Shown here in pieces: positions 50,071-61,699 of a DNA stretch of 64,000 nucleotides. Each line of letters opens with the position of its first letter. The stretch's first letter is position 1. The position numbers and the translations under genes were made by a program. Origin of the DNA: Marsupella aquatica (lineage: Eukaryota; Plantae; Marchantiophyta); the NCBI GenBank assembly GCA_973895155.1, contig OZ316893.1, forward strand, positions 9,053,839-9,117,838, in the 5' to 3' direction. The notes under the pieces are model-generated. The model did no database searches and was not told the DNA's origin. It saw nothing but the letters and a program-made list of their open reading frames with translations.

Positions 50071-53000
50071 ATAAATGCAAAAGAGATTACAATATACAAA
50101 GTGAAAAAAAACATAGTCAACATTAAAATGTGAAGACAATGCACATGATGGAGCTTTGGTTTTTTTCCCCCAACTCTTTGCCATTTCACTCAAAAGCATA
50201 TTCAGTTTTCCCGAGTGTACTTGTTTTCTTGCAGCAAGTACCAATTAGAGGGGTGAGTACAGATTGAGTATTGTATTTTCATTGTAAGGTACATGCAAAT
50301 ATAGTTAACTCTCTATAAGTGACACTCTCATGAAGACGGATTGGATGGGCACAAATAGTTTTTCCATTCCTTGATAAGTGCAAACCCTCTAAAATTTGCA
50401 CTTATTAATAAATGTCATTTCCACCAGTGAGCAGCCATGTGACTCCTTACGCAAAATGTAAATACTTGTCCTAAAATTTGGTGGCCAATTCTATAAGTGC
50501 AGGTTTTCCTCTACTAAAAAATGGTGTCCACTTATCAGTAAAGGCAATCTCATTGGATTATGTGCTTATTGAACAGTTTTCAACCTTTCTTAGTTTTAGT
50601 ACAAAATACACTTATAAAATCAGGTCTATTTGACCTTAGAAAAGGTGAAAAAAATACTAACTTTGTGTAAAATTTGGCTCTTATGAAATTTGCTGTTGGA
50701 GAGAACCAATTGTACATGGGGGCACGGGTAAATACTCTACAGAGAACTACTGAAACATACATTATGCCAAGGTTTATACTCGCAAGGACAATGTGAGTAT
50801 CAAGGGGGAATTCTATTTGAGTAAATTTTTGAAACTGCTATATGTGAATTCACCTTTCAGATTTTGTCTTATTCAGAGTTTTGGTGTCATATATGTTTTT
50901 TCAATGTGCCTTATCAAGGGGCAGCCTGTGTATCATATACATTTTTAATTAATTTATAGACCCCTAGGATTCTAAAATACTTTTAACTTATTTTGGCAGC
51001 ACCCTTATAAATTTTAATGTTTGTGATTTATTAGAGATGAAATGAAAGGCTTCACCTGGACTTGAACATATTATGATTGTGTCTTAAGTTCCCTTCATGT
51101 CTTTCTTTCTTAAATTTATGGTTTTTATTGAAATGAGTGTCATTCATGGGGACATTGAATTAAGTGCACACATAGTAGCATCCTTGTATTTTTCATTGGT
51201 CAATGTGCACCAATCTTTCTAGTTATGTTTTCATATTTTATTTACTTTCAAATCACTACAAGACAAAAACTCAAACATGTTCCAGATGAACATGAGTATT
51301 GGGGATATATTATATGAAACCTATCCAAGATTTGTGCGGGGCTTGGTTAAACTTTTCCTTCTAAAATAAGTTTATTTATTTATTTTTGGTACTGGGAACT
51401 GCAAATTCAAATGACTATCACTAGAAAAATGGTGCAACCATTTATTATAGTTATTGATGGGAAAATAATAGTTTTTATGGGTCATGGTTACTTAGTCAAC
51501 CTTGTGACTCCCATGGAGCTTGTTAGCTGTACACCCACTAGACTGTTTATTGTAGTTACTGTTACTAAATAAAAGTGTGACACTGTAAATAGTGTGAGTA
51601 ACACTAATATGTGAGCAGATGATTATTAGAGCTCAAATAACACTAATTATGGATGTGGAGTTTAGGCTATTTTTGCCAGAAAAATAACTGCAAACAATTT
51701 TTGGGTTAATTTGGAATTTACAGATTCCTATGAAAACACGCTAGAAATTTCTATGAAGAAATCTGTGATGTGAATATGATGGTTTAGTTAGGGTCTCTTG
51801 ATTTAATGTATGTTTTGTCTATGATATTGTCTACTAATTCAACCCATTTCATACCATTCTCAAATCACATATTTCACACCCATATAGTGTGAGTACAATG
51901 AAACCAGATTCACGGTTTCATGTAACCTCATTGGTATCAATAACCACACTACAAATAATGTGAGCTGATTTCCATAATCATTTTTTGGTAACATCGGCCA
52001 ATGTGATCTAGAGTTGAGCAAAATGTGTTTTTGTTGTTGTTTGGGTTTGCTTTTGACAGATGTGTTTGAGTGGTACCGTGGGATCCCTTAGATCAATGTG
52101 GCTCTTCCTACACTATGTGCATATATGTTACTCACTAGTTCTGTAATAATGCTCCTGATTTCGAAAAGAATTTCATTTTAAATGTTTGTTGAGAAATTGG
52201 TTGGAGCCCAAGTTTGAAAAGGAAACCAACCAAAGTTGCTATTTCCAGTAGCAGAATTAGTCCTGTACCCCCTGGCTACATTTTTTAGTCTTTGTTTGAG
52301 AAAAACAGCTGAAGTTGTGAGAGGCTATTATGGTCCAAAATGCTCTGGTAACATAGATGATTATCATGAGATAGTGTTGCAAATTTTAGTGGAAGTGTAG
52401 GAGAAATTACAATCATAACGAGCTCATCCAAATGTGATTATGCAATCTTCTTCATAATGGCCAGGAAAATGAGAGCTTTTAGCTTGAGTATTGAGAGGCT
52501 AATATGGTCCATAGTGCTCTGCTAGCAGGCATTAAAACACTTAAGATCTATGAGATATTTAATTTTAGAACATTAATAAACGCAAGTCGCAATTTTTTAT
52601 GTTAGTTGATTTGGGCATTGGATGACACCATATTCGACCACTAAAGTGCCATGGGCACTCAATTTGAGTTGAGAAGACTACTTTCTCAAGATGAATTGAG
52701 AAGTATGCTTTTCTCCTCGCTTTTCTCAACAACAAACCCTAGGCTTTCTAGTAGGTGAATTCTGTCTGTAGAAAATTTGTTTGCCAATTTGTCAATGTAC
52801 TTTCAAATAATTGGAAATTCTGGAGATTTTACTAAATTTTAACTTGGAAATTTTTGAATTAGAGGTTAATAGCCTCATGACCTTGATGCAACTAGTCATT
52901 AAACGGAGAAGGGCAGAGCTTAAGCTTTGAAAATAGAGAAGTATGATTAGGAAGGGAAGATGTTGGTCATGTTGTGTTGGACAAGTATGATAGATTCTAC

Positions 53001-54047
53001 AGTTTGCATTGTTTAGATTGGATTTTCTCATGGAATCATTGTGGACCCATTCAGCAATGGCCTGACCTGTTTGACATTCTTTCAATTGCCACAAGAATAC
53101 TTCGCTTTGCAGGCCAAAGTTGATGGCGTGGTTATCACAAACAGTTGTCAAAATCAGGCCTTTTTGCTACATCCAACCAAATTCTCAAGCTAAGAGAGTC
53201 AAAATTCAATCATTGACAAGTCCATTTGAAATCAACTCAATGTCTGATCAAATGAATTGTATGAGTTAGTTGAGTTCAAGTTCCGACCATAGCTAGCAGT
53301 TTGCCTTAATTGCAAAGGGCTGGAAATTTTACTCCACGTGCCAATTACCCTTTAACAAGGAAGAACTTATCAAGTTAGTTATTAGTTATTGTTTATTATA
53401 TGAAAGAAATAACTTTTTAAACCTTTAAATTTAAGTTTTAAAATTAGAAAACGTAACTCAAACAGTTACATAAAGACAGTTTTACCCGTCTTGCTCTTTG
53501 TATTTATAATTTTTTACATTTTCTTTTTATGAGATGACATCCCAAAAATTACACCCAAATTGACGCAAACACAAATCAAAAATTGTAAGTTTGATTCGCA
53601 AAATGGATGAGTCTTGTTTGTTGTGGTTGCTGTTGACATGGCACTCCCCGTACCGGGAATTTTGCAAGGGACCCCTAGTGGGGATCTGTAAATATTGTTG
53701 TTTCCTCTAATTGTACTAGAAAGAAACACACTTCAATACAGCGGTTTTAAGAATATAGCAATATCATATGAGATTGTAGTGTCAGCCATAATAGGAGAAA
53801 AATTAAGGAATTTAGGTCCTTTTGAGAGGGCCATTATTACTTACAATATTTTGATAATAGGACCTTAGTACACTTAAAGGCCTAAGGTATTTTCTACTTG
53901 TAATAAAAGTTTAAGGAAAATTTTCATTATGAGCCTCTCCAAATCTTGATTGTGCTGTTTTCTTCATTTAATGGCATTTTTGTCAAAAGCCATTGGTCAT
54001 ACCTGGTTCAGCAAGTTTGCATGGGTTCTATTTTGCATGAAACAAGA

Positions 54048-54271
54048 ACAACCATTGCAGACTGGTCTAATACTTGCGACAAATGTAATGCCTGGGTGGA
54101 CTACATCAAACTCTGAAATCACAGTTTTTGCAACTTGTGCAACTAGATAAAATTGCCTGAAAATGGTAACAACCATTGCAGATAGGCCTAATGCTTGTGA
54201 CAAAAGTAATGCTCGGGTGGACTACATCAAACTCTAAAATCACAGTTTTTGCAACTTGTGTAACCAGATAG
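54048..54271. repeat. About 120-bp tandem duplication
   Basis: aacaaccattgcaga...gggtggactacatcaaactct.aaatcacagtttttgcaacttgtg occurs twice (about 54048 and 54168). Confidence 0.9.
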
Positions 54272-55633
54272 ATTCCACCTTGTGACACTCCTATTTAAGC
54301 AGTTTACTCTTGAGCTCTACCAGGCTTTCAGTTCTCTGCCCAATAGAGTGTTAGTCCAGGCCACTTAGCGAGATCTTTGGTTTTTTGTTTGTGGGGGACT
54401 CCTGCGCTTGTTGGACCTGTTTTGGCCTTTTCCCCTTCCTTTTCCGTCCCTTTGTCATGGTGTCTTAATCCTCTTTGTTTTGCCTCCAGTTGAGATGACA
54501 AAGATTAAGATTACATGGTGGAATTTGATGTAGTGGGTTTTAAGGGAGTTAGGACAGGTTCTATTTTATTGAAGACAAAGTGTATATGTATGATTGATAG
54601 AAAGAGTCCAGTCAAGGGCATCATCCCGGAAAAAAGTGTCACGGACACAAAAATGTTTGTCCACAAACTCCTGACCCTGACCAAATCTGCCACTTTTGAA
54701 ATAGTTTTTTTTTTGGCAGACCTGAGGGTTTTAAGATGCCCTATTGGTTAGCTAGCCTTTGGACCCTATTTCCTTGATTGACATTTTTGTTCTTTTGCAT
54801 TGTGAACCATAATTAGGTTATTTAAGAAAACAATCATGTACGTACATGGCGATGGTTTGGTTGGCGCTTGATCCATGGGAAATTAATGAATGAATGCATG
54901 AATTGAGGCGCCGAACAATGCATGCCCATTTCTCTTTCTGGAAGATCGGATAGTGTTACAGTAGTTTACCCCACATATTATGGCAAGTTACCAAATTACA
55001 GTGTACAGTGTAAAGGCGCAGTCAGCGGAGGTCCCGGTTCGAAAAAACCACCCACAAACTTTATAACTTTATGGGACTTTCAACTGATTGTGTGAAATTT
55101 CTGAAAAGAGCTTATCCGGAATAAAGTGTTGCGTTATTTTTTGGATCGATGCACATAATATATAGCGGATAATTTTTATCTAGGCTTTTTCTATGTACTT
55201 TACTTTATTATTGTTCTTGGCTTGTATTGAGTTTGGACATTCCGGCGCTCAGTCTGTTTTTCCAGCCTTATCTGGCCATCATGTGCTATTCTGATTTTCT
55301 TTTGCTGTTTCAGTAAATGTTCCCATCAAGAGGGTTAAAGACAAAATGACAACCTACCAGAGCCCTGAACCATACAACTTAGTTGGATGGACCATAACAC
55401 CGTCTACACCTTCACTTTTGAGAGATCGAGCCCTGAACCATAACTTTTCACCTTCTACACCTTCATTTGTTGAGAGATCAAGCCCTGAATTATGGGATGG
55501 ACCCGGGGATGGACCATAACTCCTTTGACACCTTCACGCATTGGAATATGGAGCCCTGAATCATACAGCTTGGATGACCAGAAAGTCTTTTACACACTCA
55601 TTGACAGCCACAAATATACTTGATGGACCCCCT

Positions 55634-56008
55634 TGTTAGGTTATGCCTCGAGTATAACTTATTTACTTCCATAGTACTAGCTAGCCTTTAGTAGACTAGG
55701 TTAGCACTCATTTGAGTTCCAGGCTCCCATAGACCATGAGATGGGGTATACCCAAGGGAACCCAAATGTGTGCTCACAATTGAGAATTCAATTTTCTACG
55801 TGCAGAGGCTCGAGGGTGAGAGATCAGGTCATAGTGGAGCTTCTAGAGCTAGGTTATGGTGGATGCATTCAGTTATCTTCATATTGATTATTCTCTCACG
55901 GCCGTGGACGTAGCCTAGACGGGGTGAGTCACATACTCTCTTTGTCAGTGTTGATTTGTGTTGTATGCTGGTTCCTTTGTTGTCATGCCATCCGATTGAT
56001 TCCCAACT
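55634..56008 (+). mobile_element. Solo LTR, distantly related to the copia LTRs in this window
   Basis: Starts tgttag and ends cccaac(t), flanked by cccct/ccccc. Shares ccgtggacgtagcct...ggtga..cac.ta.ctctct with the 29684 LTR. No PBS or internal region follows. Confidence 0.7.
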
Positions 56009-56369
56009 CCCCCTACCTGTGGGCCCCTATGTAGCTTTTATCACAATTTGGCTCCCCTATGACACTTTGGTGTCAAATGTTCTTGTCAAGGGTTCTATAA
56101 GGTGCAGCCCTCCATTGTAGAACCATAACTTGGTACATTGTAAACTGTGTACAAACCTATGGTGAACCATCACTGAAATAACCATGAACAATTCCCTTCA
56201 CCCAACCAGGCAATGAACCCCTGAAAGTTTAGAGCTACCCAAACTTGTGATGTCTGTGGGGAATTGGAATACAAAGTGAAGACAACATGATTAATGTCTT
56301 TTGGGGGAAGAAAACCATACTTTCAGAATCATGCTAAGTTTAAAGAAAAAACAACATCCATGTTTTTTG

Positions 56370-56830
56370 GATGCTGTCTTCCAAAAAGCTCCACTTTCAG
56401 CCATTTATCCGGCCTGCTGGGTTCTGTGATTATAAATTCTAGCAGCCCCAGTTTTGTGCCAAGTGTCAATTGCAGACAAGAAGGTCCACTTACCCCTCCC
56501 AAACGGGTTTAGGGTTTGTAAAGTCTAGAAGCCCCAAAATTGTGCAAAGTGTCACATGAAGACACCATTCAAGTTGCTTTCCAGAAGGTCCACTTAGTTT
56601 TGGCCATATACCCCGTGCCCAAACAAGGTTTGTGATAGTAGATTCTATGAGTCCCAAAATTGTGCAAAGTGTTAGGTGATGACAACATCCATGTTGTCTT
56701 CCAGAAAGCCATTTCTGTGATTGTAATGAGCCTAGGAGCATCAAAAATTGTGGCGTCACATGAAAACTTCCATGTTGTCCTCTCAGAAGGTCTACTTTTG
56801 GTCATTTACCTGGCCTAGACAGGTTTTGTT
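56370..56830. repeat. Degenerate about 120-bp tandem repeat, 3-4 copies
   Basis: Recurring cccaaaattgtgcaaagtgt, catccatgttgtcttcca and agaaggtc(c/t)actt blocks. Confidence 0.65.
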
Positions 56831-59800
56831 ATCAATTATGTCAACCTGCCTACCAATTTTGCAATCATGTCTGTCAATTTGTACGAGGGCAAGAAAATAG
56901 TAACCCTATATACTCATTTAACCTAAGTACAAGAGAGAGAATTAGGTCCATTATGGACCCCACAATTACACATAACCAACTGATTACACAGAGAATTCAA
57001 AGGGACTGTTTGTTCCAAATAAAGACATGATTGCAAGTGCAACTTATAGGTTATTTCTACTAGTCACTAACTTTCTCCAATAGTGCAGCTGCAGACGGTG
57101 GGTCTCCCTCCTGCTCATGGATGGGAGGATCCTCCTTGGTCCTAGTGCATTTTTTGCTTGGACTCAACGGACCATTTTCCTGTCAGTGCCCCGTTTGCAC
57201 ACCTCTCCCTTTTCCCGTTCCTTCTGTGCCTCCCCTTTTTGCATCCCTCCTCCTTTGGCACAGAAAACACTATATAGTTCTAGGACAACCTCTGTAAAAA
57301 GGAGCCGGACCTTTATTATAGTTTTTAAATATATAATTATCACAGCCTTTTCCTAAGCTGTCCCCCAAACTAGCAGAATTTATTACTTTAGGTGCCAAAT
57401 TAAATTTGTTTGTTTAACCTGAGCCCCATTTTGTATGTGGGTCAATGTTCACTTAACAAAGGTAACTCGGCTTCCATGTGATTGGCTCAGGACTTCCGGC
57501 TGGCACATTTGGAATTGGCATTGGCTGCAGGTTAACCCCATTGCTGCTGGCTGGAGGTAGACTGCCAGGCCTGGGTAACAAGAAACTAAATTAAAGAGTG
57601 GGACTTCCTGAGGCCAACGATACTACAGTTTCTTCTAAACATAGTCTGTGAGTGTGGTATATCTGTTGGCAATATAAATCTGGTTGGCCAATAGTCACTT
57701 TTACAATTTACTCGAGTTGAGTCTTTCAATTTTTTTTGGGAAAGTGCTTTTTCTCGAGTGAGCGTAATTTTGTATGAATGTTATTTTTTGTTGCAATTTT
57801 GTAAGATATACAAAGTTTCAAAGTAATAGTGTAATTGATTCAGGTGTAACTTGATGACCTGCTAAGTAAGAGTGTAGATTGACCTGGGTTGGAATGTGTG
57901 TTTGATGAGATCCCAAGTAACAAGGTCGGGAACAAGGTACGGTTTGCAGTGTCTAAGTGCAGGCTCCTGGGAAGACATCCCCAGCCTGCAGCTATACATA
58001 GTATGCACTATGTAATAAGAACATGATCCTGATATCCTCCCTATCCGCACTTATGAGTATGTGCCCACACTTGAAATTGGTGCAGTTATGCATGGAAACT
58101 GTCAATTTTGATGGGTGTGCAGTGTCAAAGGATAAGGGCATGTGCTTGGAGTTTTACAGGTTGACTTTGCACCAGAAAATGTATAAGAAGGTGCAATATT
58201 ACTCCATCACACAGAATCAAATCATACATTCACCAAATGAATCAAAGAAGGAAAGTTCCAGGAGTGTGATTAGAATCTTACATTCCAATTGAACAGATGG
58301 AATGTTGTGATACAAAACTCAGACAGTTCCTATTGGACTGAAACATTGGTTTGCTTACTTGCAAACAATCTGGAATCTACATGTCAACTTCTTGATGTAA
58401 ACCTACTTGCCATCAGAATTTGTCCTTCCATTCTTAGTGTGCCACATCTCCAATGACAAAGGTGTTTCCTCCAAATCTATATGAAAGGGCTCCTCTGATA
58501 CAAGCTTCCCAATGCACATAGTAGGGGACAGCCAGTCCCAATGGACAATGCAAATTTGCTTAGACACCCTACTCCGGTAATCCTTGCAAATGCAGTGTGT
58601 TGCCTTGATGGAATTGTAAGTTGTTGTGACAACATGGAAACTATCTATATTTATATGCAACATGTGAATCCTTCCAAGCATCTCAAAACATCATTTCAGA
58701 ATGATATATCTCCTATGCCAGACTGTGCCATCAAGAAATATATTGCCCTGGTACCTTATGTCAATTTGAGCATAAGGTGGCAAATATATTTTTTCAGTCA
58801 CACATACAATCTAGACCGTTGGATCTTGTAGAGTCAAATCTAGGCCATCAGATCTTGGCAAACATTTTCCAAGGCACTAGCTTTATAATTGGTAAATTAA
58901 CGGCAGCCATTCTAAAAAAACTCCTTTGTACGTTTGCGGCTACTTTTGTGGGCTGACATTTCTGAAAATTTGCCAAGTGACAAAATGAAATGCCTCCACT
59001 TTTCCAGCATGCAAGGCGTCCCACTCGACTGGCAGCACAGATGGCAACCTTAACCTTTTCCCATCCACAAGATTGTGTTGCCAATTATCATGCAAGAAAG
59101 TTCATTGTGCTCTTAATATGCTCAATTGAAAAGTGAGCTAGGTGGACTCTCATCAACCCATGTTCAACGTTTTATTCCCCATGCCATGATTTTCTTTAAT
59201 CTGCCCAGAGTCAATGATCGCCCAGGCTGGCTTTGTTTACTCTTTCAAACCACAGCTGCCAAACTATAAAAAGGGCTAATGGGCAGTTCATTTGCCTAGA
59301 TGAACAGTTGACCTATGCTGGAAGCTCCCCTACTAACTGCGCACCATAGGACCCTTGTACAGTGAGATTGTTTTGTGTTGTTTTGTTTAAAATATCAAAT
59401 GTTTTTAGATTTATGTGGAACGTACATCTTGGTGAGATCTGCATTTTGAGCTGTGGATGGCCCTGTCTGGTGAACTAATGACATACCCAAGGATCCAGAC
59501 CAGGAGGGAGAGAGGGTTGAACCGGGGCCCAAAGTGGACAGAGAAGAAACCAGGACGAACACCACTACACCCCACCCACACACACACACTACCCTCACAA
59601 CCCTTGCATGTGGAGAGAGGATCCTACTTGGGACCTCTCAGTGCTAGGCTCATCCCCTGGCCAAATGACCAAAGAACCATGAACTATTTTTAGATAGAGT
59701 TTTTTTGTCAGGTGTAGATCTCAGTGAGATCTGTATTTGAGCCCGATTTTGAGCTGGGGATCTCCCCCGATGGTGAACTAATTAGATGACACTAATCTTC

Positions 59801-60394
59801 AAAACCGCACAAAAATATGATGAGCTCTTTTGCATGCATGTATTGTCCTAGAATCATCTGAAATGGTTGATGTGTGTTGCCCTTTGGTTATCATTTTCCA
59901 TCACGATGTATTCTCATGATTTTGAAGAGTTGATCAAAGGCAAGGTTGGGAGTACTTTATCCAGCAACATGATGCATCTCATATGTGATGGGGACTGGGA
60001 GTTTTCTCCACTCTAATGATAGATCTCAGATGTGGTGGGCATAGAGTTATCTCCACATCAAAATGCAGCAACCTACCATAAACCTGGCATAGAAGGAACA
60101 ACATTTAGTGATATAGAAGAACAATGAGGGTTATCAAATAGTATGAAAAATACATGTAATGTGTTGCATGCATTACACCATATGTAAGTGCGTTTTAATA
60201 TGTAATTACCAGAAACGGTGTGGACTGGAAGTTTGCACGAGTATCATGACACGTGGCAATAGCTGAACCCATCTGAAGGTGGCCATGGGGCCTCATGGTG
60301 TGCTGCCGTTGCCAAATGCTTCCACTTGGGGTGGGGATTCTTATAAGCCATGCACATACTTTAGGGCTAAACCTCTAGAAAAGTTCTTTTGTGC

Positions 60395-60995
60395 TTTTTG
60401 GACCTTTCTTTTCATTGTGTGGAGTCATTTGGCTTGGCATCTAGCCGTGAGCAGCCCTTTTTCTATTGTGTGAACACATTTCACATGAACCTTGACTTCT
60501 AGCAAACATCTAGCAATGGGGAGCCCTTTTTCATTGTGTGAAGTCATGCTCATGAACCTTACCATCTAGACGCACCTAGCAGTGGGCAGCCGTTTTTCTG
60601 TTGTGTGAAGTTATTTAACATGGACCTTGACATCTAGCAGTGGACAGCCCTTTTTCTGTTGTGTGGCGTTATTTCACATGACCTTTTGCATCTAGCAATG
60701 CGCAGCCCTTTTTGTATTTTATCAAGCCATTTGACTTGAACCTTGACATCTAGCAGTGGGCAGCCCCCTTTTCTATCTTGTGAAGCCAATTGACTTGAAC
60801 CTTGACATCGAGCAGTGGGTAGCACTTTTTCTGTTGTGTGAAATCATTTCACATGAGCCTTGACATCTAGCATTGGGTAGCCCTTTTTCTGTTGTGTGAA
60901 GTCTTTTCACATGAGTCTTCACATCTAGCAGTGGGCAGCCCTTTTTCTATTGTGTGAAGTCATTTCTAATGAACCTTGAAAAGAGCAGTGGGGCC
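60395..60995. repeat. Tandem satellite, about 57-61-bp unit, about 10 copies
   Basis: Consensus approximately gacatctagcagtgggcagccctttttct(a/g)ttgtgtgaagtcatttcacatgaacctt. There are no unique spacers. Confidence 0.92.
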
Positions 60996-61699
60996 TTGCA
61001 ACAGCCTTTTTGCAAGATGTTCTTTGCTATTGAATAAAATTTCTATTGCAAGATAAAAGGCCCTCGACCTGCCAGCTTACTATTCACTTGTGCCCAGGTG
61101 AAGAGTGCCGTCCCACTCTGCTCAATGCCCTCCCTTGTTTACTGCCCGCCAGTTTTTTAACTAATCAAAACATGGGGATTCCTTTTAGCAGCTTCTTGTA
61201 AAATCTAAACTAATTTTGGAAGCCGTTGTTTTACTATGCCATAGATTGATTCCTATGATGAACAAATATATGACAATAATCAAGCCACAAATTTTAGACA
61301 ATACCCCAAAATTTCTCAGAAAATGTATAGTGAATTTGGCAGGCATTACAGACCCCATTAGAAGCCTGGCACCATGCAACCTCATATACACGATCATTTA
61401 TGTTTTGATACAACTACAGAAAAAACAATTACATCTGGGAACCCAAAAAGAATCCATAAAATTGAAAACGACATCCTGAGCACGAAGAGCATAGGGGGAG
61501 GGAAATGTTCAATTTTTGGACCAAGTCTGACGCTTTGAAGTATGGCATAATACCATAAATCAATTCATTAATTTCGTTTGTTTATTTGAAAAATAATTTG
61601 CATACACCGATTCATCAGAAGTACTGCACAAAATTAGACAAACAGTCATTTTAACACCAACTAGTCTTAGCGATACTAATCACAACTATTTATCTTCAT

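Noticed and set aside
51900-53270. Possible decayed transposase or gene fragments
   Set aside because: Short protein-like stretches only, with no diagnostic motif that I could identify.
55015-55050. tRNA or SINE suggested by a GGTTCGAA B-box-like motif
   Set aside because: No cloverleaf, no convincing A-box and no TSD.
60395-60995. CRISPR-like array
   Set aside because: Eukaryotic context, no unique spacers and no cas genes.
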